Assembly: GCA_965246885.1 (NCBI GenBank)
Contig: OZ251992.1
Coordinates: forward strand, 2,304,001-2,368,000
From: Abditibacterium sp.
GTDB lineage: Bacteria > Armatimonadota > Abditibacteriia > Abditibacteriales > Abditibacteriaceae
Length of the DNA: 64,000 nt
Reading direction: 5' to 3'
Shown here: positions 8,501 through 17,400 of the stretch, one piece after another
Position numbering within the stretch: position 1 is the first letter of the stretch
How the letters are laid out: the number at the start of each line of letters is the position of its first letter
Notes under the pieces: generated by a model
Databases searched by the model: none
Told to the model about the DNA's origin: nothing
Seen by the model: the letters and a program-made list of their open reading frames with translations, nothing else
Made by a program: the position numbers and the translations under genes

Positions 8501-10615
8501 GGGACGGGGTATGACGTGACGCGCTTCACGAGCTACGCTCCCGATGGTCAATTGTTGTCGCAGACCGATGGGCGCGGCATCACCACTAACTTCACGTATG
8601 GCGACCCGGACGGGGCGGTGTCGAGCATCAGCCTGCCGGATGAGACGGTCTCTTTCGGGCGGGATGCGTGGGGACGGTTGTCCTATCGCTTCGATTCGAG
8701 CGGCAACCAGAGCTACGCGTATACCGAAACCGATGCGCCCTCCATCGTCAACGACGCTTACAAGCGCGCCGATGGCAGCTATATCCCCGGCCCCGGCTTG
8801 TTGTTGTATCACCAGTATTACGACGACGGCACTCCGGCCACCTTGTTCGGCAACCCCGGCACGGCAACGGCGCCCATCAACTTGTTGCGTAGTTATGACC
8901 CCAGTGGCAATCTGACCGGCATCTATGACTATGCGCAAAGCCTGAGCAGCAGTTGGAGCTACGACGCCAACAACCGCTTGCAAAGCGCGAGCGCGGCCAA
9001 CGGCTGGGCGCGCTCCTACGCTTACAACGCCCTCAACCAACTGGTGGGGCTGACCGGAAGCAAGAGCGGGCAACCGAGCCTGAACTTCGGGCATCCCAGC
9101 GACCCCAACTTGCAGTTGAAATACGACGGCGCGGGGAACATGACGCGCGAGACGGCCAACTTCGGCACGGCGGCGGCGAGCGGCCCCGGCTACGCAACGG
9201 GCACGACGAGCTACGGCTACGATAGCCAAGACCGTTTGACGGGCGAAAGCAGCAACCGCTTCGGCGGGCAGAGCCGCACCTACTCCCTCGACGCCGCCTT
9301 CAACCGCACGAACCTCAACGCGAGCAACGGCACGAACGCGGGCCAAACCCTGAGCAGCTTTACGCGCACGCAGGGCGCCAACGGGCAGAACCAAACCCTT
9401 GGCACCTCGACCACGAACGTGCAAAGCGGCGCGCAGACCAACACCTCGTATAGCTACGACGGCGAAGGCAACCGCGCCACCTATGCCGATGGCTCGCAGG
9501 TGCTGACCTACACCTATGACTCCCAACAACGCCTGACGGCTGTGACCAAATACACGGGTGGCGCGGGGCAAGTCATCCTCAAGTGCGGCTACCGCTGCGA
9601 CGGCCTGCGGGCGTGGAAGGAGACCGGCGCGGGCGTGCGGACTTACTTCCTGTATGACGGCGACCAACTCATCGGCGAGTTCGACCAAAACGGCGTCGTC
9701 AAAGCCGTCCAAACGTGGGGCGCGGAAGGATTGGCCTCTCGCCAAACCACCCCCGGCATCGCGTCGGGCAACCGCTTCTACTCGTGGGATCCGCGCGGCA
9801 ACATCGCCGCCACTACCGACCTTGCCGGCAACGTCGTCAACACCCCATCTTCCGACGGCTTCTCTTCGACGGGCGGCACCGCGAGTGAACCCACCGCCAC
9901 CTTCGGCGGGCAAGTCGGCGGCTACCGCGACGCCGAAACTGGACTCATCCTCTTCGGGCAGCGATACTATGACCCGGCGCTGGGACAGTGGCTGACGCGC
10001 GACCCCATTGGGGAAGACGGCGGGATTAACCTGTATTCGTATGTTGGAGGCAATCCGGTTAATGATATTGATCCTTGGGGACTGTACGGTGCTAAGGATG
10101 CTGCTGGAGATCTGGCAAAGGCAGTCGTACAAATTGCGGGCCAGTGGGGTGTAGAGCGTGGTTGGCAGATTCCTCTTGGCGTTGCTGGTGCCACACCTGT
10201 CGGTGTGTTTGCTGGAGTGCTGTTAGATGCAAAACCAGCAGGTGGCGCTCAGGACACAATGACTGGGCATAATGCGGCACTTCAACAAGTCATCTTAAGA
10301 AACACTCGGACGTTAAGAGGATGGGCTAAAAGTAAAGGGTGGATGTGTAAAGGCGGTGGCGGGCCGGAGCAATGGGGCGTTTATCGGCCAGATGGTTCAT
10401 TCTCTTGGAGACTGAAAATCAAGCAAGATCCATCGTCAAGCTCAGGCCTTTCAAACAGGGGAAGGGCGGGACAGGCTGGTAGTTACTCTCCAAGATTTGA
10501 TGCGAGACTGAATGAAGGAACTCCCACGACCCCTAACGTTTTCGTAAACCCCTTTACAGGCGCTACTGGCGGCTCAATACTCTCGCACCAACCTTTAGAC
10601 AGGGTATACCCTTAA
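5561..10615 (+). CDS. Rhs/YD-repeat polymorphic toxin with N-terminal signal peptide
   Basis: Signal peptide ending AHA-Q; DPVDLASG/DUF6531-like region; YD repeats; core terminus RYYDPALGQWLTRDPIG...YVGGNPVNDIDPWGL; divergent C-terminal tip 10085-10615. Confidence 0.95.
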   Translation: MRFSSFFCRVLMVALLFGAHAAHAQTPFAASVKTPPTTLPPLDFSGATFQKPVTVKVPVSLSPSQVLNITDFNVTPASATTALQNSMQVYNAAGQVIQSGAGPIKGGADANSTPSYATFTSTTPASLSISTRTVAQRGSDSMVSSDPTKVGLITANAFSRSGTVTTQGTGNLNQWVDNYYYFGVIRLQAGEIFTVKSGKVWDPGNPPFINSYRLFHVELINTKTGAYGGGTGNPGQHNPLDERSTVVPADGDYQLRFTMTSGGPITYAYSFDFETSFATQAPNRGAGKKEPNNKSTGMNPVSGATEGTCSGCGPKSADPVDLASGQENYDQSPDLPVYNPNGPDVAFSRHYSTERAKALGASPGLPTGWYHSYDVRLESSGNGGSWAPMEMVYPNGAHETLTPLAAPANAVSVSFTVPKGSKYVVTASPGPTAYSYGTASVVWSDGTTWNFQPPAPGSNKALLSSIVAATSTAATPQFLTFNWVGDDRDDYRLVGVNNGSDLKRLLSLQYTGNPADGFLLNEIRDCYGRSIFYSNGTLAGTTGTGASAITTLTGVSMFAPTGGTANQHFAFGYTNFNGAPLLSGITVPHPNDPTLNTTATATINYDSTTGRVLSEVDGNGNTTSFTYGATSTTVKKFGTSGVQETQYTALFDAQGRSVGTTDAAGNSTAIAYGDTNNPDKPTIIRDAAGRVTSITYEPNGYGLVKTVKTPRGVTTNYLYDYSVWGFGLLAQTYQSTVINGATVNRAPTQFSYKPGFERAGLVSQISSPHPNLGISNWTGASMVFTTMQYNDYGDVTMVVAPGHGSYANLTTTISYTSDGTYTQSAKRGQVVSATDPSNRTTAARYDARGNRIWSRDGFGVVTQTTFDLADNAMGVQFMNTGQSGTYASQVMLRYNYLGGMVKTTDVFDESGSSTPIRSVSTTFDGEGRAVSVSGSTEPFSVSLNSFDAPKSSTDGNGNTTTYSYDARGLPTMVVKPNGNTGTGYDVTRFTSYAPDGQLLSQTDGRGITTNFTYGDPDGAVSSISLPDETVSFGRDAWGRLSYRFDSSGNQSYAYTETDAPSIVNDAYKRADGSYIPGPGLLLYHQYYDDGTPATLFGNPGTATAPINLLRSYDPSGNLTGIYDYAQSLSSSWSYDANNRLQSASAANGWARSYAYNALNQLVGLTGSKSGQPSLNFGHPSDPNLQLKYDGAGNMTRETANFGTAAASGPGYATGTTSYGYDSQDRLTGESSNRFGGQSRTYSLDAAFNRTNLNASNGTNAGQTLSSFTRTQGANGQNQTLGTSTTNVQSGAQTNTSYSYDGEGNRATYADGSQVLTYTYDSQQRLTAVTKYTGGAGQVILKCGYRCDGLRAWKETGAGVRTYFLYDGDQLIGEFDQNGVVKAVQTWGAEGLASRQTTPGIASGNRFYSWDPRGNIAATTDLAGNVVNTPSSDGFSSTGGTASEPTATFGGQVGGYRDAETGLILFGQRYYDPALGQWLTRDPIGEDGGINLYSYVGGNPVNDIDPWGLYGAKDAAGDLAKAVVQIAGQWGVERGWQIPLGVAGATPVGVFAGVLLDAKPAGGAQDTMTGHNAALQQVILRNTRTLRGWAKSKGWMCKGGGGPEQWGVYRPDGSFSWRLKIKQDPSSSSGLSNRGRAGQAGSYSPRFDARLNEGTPTTPNVFVNPFTGATGGSILSHQPLDRVYP
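9226..10084 (+). repeat. Rhs core segment duplicated at 10950-11808
   Basis: Gap-free alignment at constant offset 1724; nearly identical over 9226-9623. Confidence 0.95.
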
Positions 10616-10639
10616 AAGCGGGAAGACGGAATCTACACC

Positions 10640-10939
10640 ATGAAAGACGCAGCCGTTTCACATCTGGTAAAAATCCTTGAAGACAAATCTATTTCAATAG
10701 CAGACAGGGACGACGCAGCGATAGATTTGGGAGCCTTCGACGACGATGCCGCGTTAGCTGCACTTGTCGCGGTGGGTCAAGATGCGGATGAAGATGAAAT
10801 GATTCTCTCTTCATGCGGCACTGCAATCTCTGACATTTGGCAGCGTCGAGGCGAATATAGCCTTGAAGTTCTCGATTCCCTCAATCCTGCCGCTCGGATT
10901 GAAGCTTTAGTGATGACTGGCACTCTTCGGCAATGTTGA
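10640..10939 (+). CDS. Putative immunity protein (acidic, HEAT-like) for the main Rhs toxin
   Basis: 99-aa AT-richer ORF directly after the toxin tip; DRDDAAIDLG helical motif. Confidence 0.75.
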   Translation: MKDAAVSHLVKILEDKSISIADRDDAAIDLGAFDDDAALAALVAVGQDADEDEMILSSCGTAISDIWQRRGEYSLEVLDSLNPAARIEALVMTGTLRQC

Positions 10940-12231
10940 CCTACGACGCCCAAGACCGCTTGACGGGCGAAAGCAGCAACCGCTTCGGCGGGCAGAGCCG
11001 CACCTACTCCCTCGACGCCGCCTTCAACCGCACGAACCTCAACGCGAGCAACGGCACGAACGCGGGCCAAACCCTGAGCAGCTTTACGCGCACGCAGGGC
11101 GCCAACGGGCAGAACCAAACCCTTGGCACCTCGACCACGAACGTGCAAAGCGGCGCGCAGACCAACACCTCGTATAGCTACGACGGCGAAGGCAACCGCG
11201 CCACCTATGCCGATGGCTCGCAGGTGCTGACCTACACCTATGACTCCCAACAACGCCTGACGGCTGTGACCAAATACACGGGCGGCGCGGGGCAAGTCAT
11301 CCTCAAGTGCGGCTACCGCTGCGACGGCCTGCGGGCGTGGAAGGAGAACGCGCAAGGCGTGCGCACCTACTTCCTGTATGACGGCAGCAACCTCATCGGC
11401 GAGTTCGACCAAAACGGCGTCGTCAAAGCCGTCCAAACGTGGGGCGCGGAAGGATTGGCCTCTCGCCAAACCACCCCCGGCATCGCGTCGGGCAACCGCT
11501 TCTACTCGTGGGATCCGCGTGGCAACATCGCCGCCACCACCGACCTGTCCGGAAACGTCCTCAACACCCCCGCCAGCGATGGCTTCTCCTCGACCGGCGG
11601 CACCGCCCTCGAACCCACCGCCACCTTCGGCGGACAGGTCGGCGGGTATCGGGACGCCGAAACGGGCTTGGTGCTGTTCGGCCAGCGATACTACGACCCC
11701 GGTCTGGGACAGTGGATCACCCGCGACCCCATCGGGGAAGAAGGCGGAGTCAATTTGTATTCGTATGTCGGCGGAAATCCGGTTGGGCGTGTTGATCCCA
11801 GTGGGTTGGACTGGCAATTAGAAGGAGCAGGAGCCGCAGGAGGAACGGTAGTCATTGGAAGCGCGGGAGGTAGCGCTACTGTTGGCGCTTCGATACTCGG
11901 CAGTCCCGTTGCATTGGGTGCGGGAGCGGCAATCGGAGGATTCGCAGTTGGAACGCTCATCAATCGCCGATTCCACATCTCCGACAGGATCGCCGACAGG
12001 CTTGTCCCTGATCAGATAGGGCTTGGGCCGATTTTCTGCCCATCTAAGGGAGGAAAGCAAAAGGGGGATACTGACGTCACACGGCGTGTGAGACAGGAAT
12101 TGCAAGGGGGTAAAAAAACTGTTCAAGATATAATAGCGGAGTTGCGTAAAGAAGGAACCTTTACCAAGCAGGAGATAGATTTTGCGGAGAAGATTCTTGG
12201 CCGTCGCAACAAGAAGAAGAGGGGTAAATAG
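10933..12231 (+). CDS. Orphan Rhs core plus alternative toxin tip (tentatively Ntox34-like)
   Basis: Duplicated core ending NPVGRVDPSGL; new tip with Gly/Ala hydrophobic stretch and basic KGGKQ...GRRNKKKR end; no signal peptide. Confidence 0.85.
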   Translation: MLTYDAQDRLTGESSNRFGGQSRTYSLDAAFNRTNLNASNGTNAGQTLSSFTRTQGANGQNQTLGTSTTNVQSGAQTNTSYSYDGEGNRATYADGSQVLTYTYDSQQRLTAVTKYTGGAGQVILKCGYRCDGLRAWKENAQGVRTYFLYDGSNLIGEFDQNGVVKAVQTWGAEGLASRQTTPGIASGNRFYSWDPRGNIAATTDLSGNVLNTPASDGFSSTGGTALEPTATFGGQVGGYRDAETGLVLFGQRYYDPGLGQWITRDPIGEEGGVNLYSYVGGNPVGRVDPSGLDWQLEGAGAAGGTVVIGSAGGSATVGASILGSPVALGAGAAIGGFAVGTLINRRFHISDRIADRLVPDQIGLGPIFCPSKGGKQKGDTDVTRRVRQELQGGKKTVQDIIAELRKEGTFTKQEIDFAEKILGRRNKKKRGK

Positions 12232-12237
12232 CGAAAA

Positions 12238-12609
12238 ATGTGGTATTCAGCTCACGCAGTAATGCTCATTCGACTGACAGATTGTGCTCAGCATGAATTT
12301 CCTGTATGGGAAAATATATTTCTCATAGAAGCCTCTGATTCAGACGAGGCCACAGTAAAAGCTCAAGAACGTGCGTTAGAAGATGAAGTCGAGGGTGGTG
12401 GTCTAAGTTGGGAAGGACACAAAGCCAAGTGTATATTCTTAGGACTGCGAAAGTTAATGCAGTGCTTTAGCGATGAGCGACAGCCAGGGGATGGCACTGA
12501 GCTTACACATAATCAACTCCTCTTTTCTACTCAGAGTTCTTTGGATGAATTTGTTCTTGGACGTGAGTGTCAAGTCACGTTTCAGGATGAGAATCCTGAT
12601 GATGACTAA
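12238..12609 (+). CDS. Putative immunity protein, DUF4288-like
   Basis: MWYSAH...WENIFLIEASDSDEA motif; AT-richer; starts 6 bp after the orphan toxin. Confidence 0.75.
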   Translation: MWYSAHAVMLIRLTDCAQHEFPVWENIFLIEASDSDEATVKAQERALEDEVEGGGLSWEGHKAKCIFLGLRKLMQCFSDERQPGDGTELTHNQLLFSTQSSLDEFVLGRECQVTFQDENPDDD

Positions 12610-12631
12610 AAGCGTGGTTTGTGGCCTCAGC

Positions 12632-13036
12632 ATGACTCAGAACGGTGTCACCACCAACGTCGCTTACAGCTATGACGGCGAGGGCAACCGCGCGACCCAA
12701 ACCGTCGGCAACACCGCCAACAACGACAACTCCGTCACCAGTTACGCCTACGACAGCCAGCAACGCCTCACGCTTGTCAGCCAGAGCGTCAACGGCGCGG
12801 CGGCGGCGACGGTGATGAAGTGTGGCTACCGGAGCGACGGGCTACGCGCGTGGAAGGAGAACGCTCAGGGCGTGCGCACCTACTTCTTGTATGACGGCTC
12901 CAACCTCATCGGCGAGTTCGACCAAAACGGCAACGCGAAAGCGATTCAGACGTGGGGTGCCGAGGGGTTGGCCTCGCGCCAAACCACCCCCGGCACCGCG
13001 TCGGGCAACCGCTTCTACTCGTGGGATCCGCGCGGG
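12632..13036 (+). pseudogene. Truncated Rhs core fragment without toxin tip
   Basis: YSYDGEGNRAT...RFYSWDPRG is homologous to the other two cores; homology stops abruptly at about 13036. Confidence 0.85.
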
Positions 13037-13081
13037 CATCGCCCGAAGGCTCCACCGTCACGCCGTTTGTTCTGTGACTAT

Positions 13082-13107
13082 AGATCCTTCGCTGGCTCAG
13101 GATGACG
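13082..13107. repeat. Half REP-like element
   Basis: AGATCCTTCGCTGGCTCAGGATGACG; CTCAGGATGACGAA also occurs at 5381-5394. Confidence 0.65.
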
Positions 13108-13179
13108 AAGCGGCGTTTTCTTGGCGAAATTGATGCTCCACAGAAGTCTCTCGTCTTTGGAGAAGACGGGGAGCATCAC

Positions 13180-14106
13180 ATGTCAAACTTTGATGACGCT
13201 TTAGGCGTGAACGGCCACTTGAATGGCCACGCGAACGGCAATGGAACGGCAATGCTCGAACGGCCCCTGAATGGTGGCGGCGAGGCGGGCGTTCTTTCGA
13301 TGGGCAATGGGGCGCTGCTTCCTATAAGCGCGATGAATGGGGCGTATGCGCGGGCTGTTGACCCGGTTCCGCCTGTGCCGCCGATACCTCCCGCTCCGGC
13401 TAAGCCCGCGCGCAACCCGTTCAACAAGCAGTTGCAGCGCGAGTTGGCGGTCACGACGCAAGTGTGTTTGGCGGCGCTCAAGCCCGAATACGCGGGGGCT
13501 TTAGCGGGTTGGGGCATCACGGACAACAAGGTGCACGACCTGTTGAACGCCGTTAATGCGGCTCATGGCGTGAGTGCGGAAGCGCAAACTTCGACCAACG
13601 CGCGCGTTCATGCCACACGCGAAGAGCGGAAGGCGCGGGCCATCTTGCTCGGTTCGTTTCGCACCATCCAAAGCGCGGCGCGCATGGTGTTCGGCGTCTC
13701 GAAACCCGCCCACTTGCGCGATTATGGCGTCGGCGTTCTCCTGCCCACGCGCGCGTCGGTCGTGCAGGTGTATGAAGGCATCCTCAAGCAGTTGCAAACC
13801 GACACGTTGCCCGGCATCATCCCGGAGTTCATCACGCAAATGACGGTGCGCTACAACGACTGGAAGGCTGTTATCGCCAATCAAGGTCACTCGCAATCCG
13901 GCGCCACGACCCAGCGCGCCCACCGCAACGCGACCATAGACGACCTCGTGAAGCGCCGCCGCGAAATCCAAAGTGCCGCCAACGGCGTGTGGCCGCCCTC
14001 GCCCTCCAATCACGGCACGCGCCGCGAGTTCGCGCTCTCGCCCACCCGCCACTTCGCCACGCCCACGCCGAAAACGAAAAAGCGCGCCCCGAAGCCGATG
14101 ATTTAG
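13180..14106 (+). CDS. Hypothetical protein (NG-rich N-terminus, Pro linker, helical domain)
   Basis: GGGGAG RBS before ATG 13180; genome-typical codon usage. Confidence 0.75.
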   Translation: MSNFDDALGVNGHLNGHANGNGTAMLERPLNGGGEAGVLSMGNGALLPISAMNGAYARAVDPVPPVPPIPPAPAKPARNPFNKQLQRELAVTTQVCLAALKPEYAGALAGWGITDNKVHDLLNAVNAAHGVSAEAQTSTNARVHATREERKARAILLGSFRTIQSAARMVFGVSKPAHLRDYGVGVLLPTRASVVQVYEGILKQLQTDTLPGIIPEFITQMTVRYNDWKAVIANQGHSQSGATTQRAHRNATIDDLVKRRREIQSAANGVWPPSPSNHGTRREFALSPTRHFATPTPKTKKRAPKPMI

Positions 14107-14306
14107 CCGCGAAAAGCACAAAGGGGTTTTATGGAAAGTGGCGCGTTGTCATTCCGAGGGGAGCTACGCGACCAGAGGAATCTAACTGCGCCTTGTTGTC
14201 AGGAGTAAACGGGTGGCTGCGAGTAGATTCCTCTGGTCGCGTAGCTCCCCTCGGAATGACAACGCGCCACTTTCCATAAAACCCCTTTGTGCTTTTTCGC
14301 GGCTAA
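14103..14306. mobile_element. Long nested palindrome (82/83-bp arms), REP/MITE-like
   Basis: 14103-14184 is the reverse complement of 14224-14306 except for a 1-nt indel; 39-bp spacer. Confidence 0.9.
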
Positions 14307-14407
14307 GCCAAGAGGCGACGAATGAAGGTTTCAGTTTCATGGCGTCGGGTTTGCGCGCACACTGAAGCGGTGCGCTTTTCCCCTACAGTGCGCGACTCCT
14401 TTATTTT

Positions 14408-17400
14408 ATGCTTCAGCAAAGTTCGATTCTGGCGTTTTTCGGCGACGCGCAGGGTGCGCGCGCCGCGTTTGAGAGCGTATCGCGCGCCGGTTTTCGGCAA
14501 GTCGTTCTGGTTTCCAAGGTGCTGGAAACTTCCGGCGATTCCAAAAACACAGTTGCTTCTTTCAAAGTCTCGCGGCCCCCGTCGGTCGCTCCGGTGCTTG
14601 CCGGAGTGGGCGCGGCGGTTGGTTTGGGCGCCGCGCAACTTGCGCCGGTGCCTCGCGCGCTTAAACCGGCGCTGACGGGGGCACTCGCGGTGATTGGCGG
14701 GGGCGTGGGATTCGTCGCGGGGAGTGCGTGGAGCGGCGGATTGCCTGAATCACTCGTCGAGGAGAACCGCGCGTTCCTTGCGGCGGGCGAGTCGCTGGTC
14801 ATTGTGCGCGCCAACCCCGCCGATTTGCGCGCGGCGAGGGAGCTGCTGCGCGGCGAGGGAGAAGGCGGGCCAGTGATATTCCTCGAAAGGGGCGATGCGC
14901 ACCGCTTCAACACGAGCCGCGCGCCCTTGCGCCGCGACGTGTTGGGCACAGATGCGCTGCGGGAGTTGGCGCAAACGCTGGGCGACAAGCACAAGACCGC
15001 CGCACCGCCCTCGTCGCTATCGGCGAACGCCTTTTTATTGACGCGGCTCAAGCAGAACGGGCGCATCATCGCCCGCGTCGCGCAGGGGTTGGGCGAAGCG
15101 ACGCGCTTGGGCCAGCCCGTGTCGCTTTCGACGGAGTGGCTGCTGGATAACAACTACATCGTCCGCGCGCAGATAAAGGATGTCGAGCGCAACCTGACGC
15201 CCAAGTTCTACGGGGAGTTGCCGGTCATTGGGGAGGGGCAATACAAGGGCGTGCCGCGCTTGTATGTGTTGGCGTCGGAACTCATCGCCGCGTCGGATTC
15301 GCGCCTCGACCGCGAGCATCTGCTCGATTTCGTCCATGCCTACCAATCGAGAACTCCGCTTTCAACGGGCGAACTGTGGGCGTTGCCGCTCATGCTGCGC
15401 TTGGCGCTGGTCGAGAACCTGCGCCGCCTGACGGCCCAAGCCGACGTGCGCCAGCGCGAGCGCGAGCGCGCCGACTTTTGGTCGAACCGCCTGCTTTCCG
15501 CCGCTTACCGCGAACCCGACCAACTGCTGCCGCTCCTCGCGCAACTGACGAAAGAGCAGACCGCGTTGGCGCCGCACTTCGCCGACCGTTTGGTGTCGCA
15601 CTTGTTCGATGAAGAAGCCGCGCTGGGGCCGGTGCGCGCGTGGTTGGAGCGCAAGTTGGACGCGCCGTTGTCGGAGATTACTTCGCGCGAACAGCGCCGC
15701 CAAGCCGCCGATTCGATCTCGGTGGGCAACGTCATCACGACGCTGCGCTTCCTCAATAACCTCGACTGGCGCGAGTGCTTCGAGCAACTCTCCTTGGTGG
15801 ACGCGATTTTGGGCCAAGACCCGGCGGGCGTGTATCGCTCGATGGACTTCGCCACCCGCGACCGCTATCGCGGCCAAGTCGAGAAGATCGCCCGCCGCGC
15901 CAAAACCGACGAACTACGCGTAGCGACGCTCGCCATCGAACGCGCAGCGTCGGCCAGCATGGAGCGGATGCGCCGCGCCGCGAGTTCGCACGGCGAGCGC
16001 GAACACGACGCCCTGATTTACCAACCGCCGGGGCACGTCGGGTTCTATCTGATAGACGAAGGCCGCGAAGCGTTCACCCGCGAACTGGGCTACTCCAAGA
16101 CCCCCGCCTCGCGCGCGCGGCGCTGGGTTCGGAATTATCCGGGCGTGTGGTATTTTGGCGGCATCGCCGTCGGGACTGTCGCGGCCATGACCATCTTGGC
16201 GCGCGCGGCGCGCGTGTTGGGGGCGGGCTTGCCGTTACCGCTCCGGCTTTTGTCCATCTTGCCGTCGTCGGAAGTGGCGGTGCAACTAGTCAACTACGCC
16301 GCGACGCGCGTTTTGCCGCCGCGTCCGCTCCCGAAGATGGAGTTCCGGCAGGGCGTGCCCGCGAAATGGAAAACGGCGGTCGTGATTCCGATGCTGCTCG
16401 GCTCCGTGCAAGACGCCGCCGATGCGTGCCGCCAAATCGAACTGCACTATCTGAGCGACCCCGACGCGCAGTTTCAGTTCGCGTTACTTGCCGATTATGT
16501 GGACGCGCAAACGCCGCAAACGCCCGACGATGAGCCGAGACTTCGCCGCGCCGTCGAGGGCATCGAGTACCTCAACGCGCACTACGGGCCGCAGTTTCAC
16601 TTGTTCATCCGCGACCGCAAATGGAGCGAAACCGAGGAACGCTGGATGGGCTGGGAGCGCAAACGGGGCAAGTTGGAAGAGTTCAACCGCGCGCTTTTGG
16701 GCAAAGGCGGGCGCTGCTCGGACGAACTGCACGAAGTGACGGGCGACCCCGCTGGGTTGCGCGATACCCGCTTTGTCGTGACGCTCGATGCCGACACGCA
16801 GATGCCTTTTGGCGCCGCGCGCCGCTTGGTCGAAACGCTCGCGCATCCGCTCAATCGCCCCGTTGTGAACCTCAAAGAAAGCGGCGTCGAGCGCGGCTAC
16901 GGCATCATTCAGCCGCGCGTGGACACCATGCTCCCCAGCGCGATGGCGACGCGCTTTTCCCGCTTGTTCTCCGACGCGAGCGGCAGCGACCCGTACACGC
17001 ACGTCGTTTCGGATGTTTACCAAGACGCTTTTGGCGAGGGCAGTTATCACGGCAAGGGCATCTACGACTTGGAAGTTTTTGAGCGCGTGTTGGGCGCGCG
17101 CTTCCCCGACGCGACGCTACTTTCGCACGACCTCATCGAAGGCGCGCACGTCCGCGCGGGCGTGGCGAGCGACATCGTTTTGCTCGACCGCTTCCCGCCG
17201 AACTACTTGGCGAGCGCCAAGCGCGACCATCGTTGGATACGCGGCGACTGGCAGATCGCGGATTGGGTTGGCAGTCAAATCCCGGCGCGCGATGGGCGCG
17301 GAGCCAACCCGCTTTCCCTTCTCAATCGCTGGAAAATCGCCGACAACCTGCGCCGCTCGCTCCTCGCGCCCGCGTCGGTTGCACTCTTGTTTGGCGGTTG

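Noticed and set aside
9226..11808. Rhs duplicate as a DGR template/variable repeat pair
   Set aside because: Differences are not adenine-specific and no reverse transcriptase is present; orphan Rhs modules explain it
6524..11817. Long minus-strand ORFs (6524-8047, 8069-10132, 10777-11817)
   Set aside because: Antisense shadows of GC-rich Rhs coding sequence
12473..13105. 210-aa ORF as an intact gene
   Set aside because: Its N-terminus overlaps the immunity gene out of frame and its end is non-Rhs read-through; treated as a fragment
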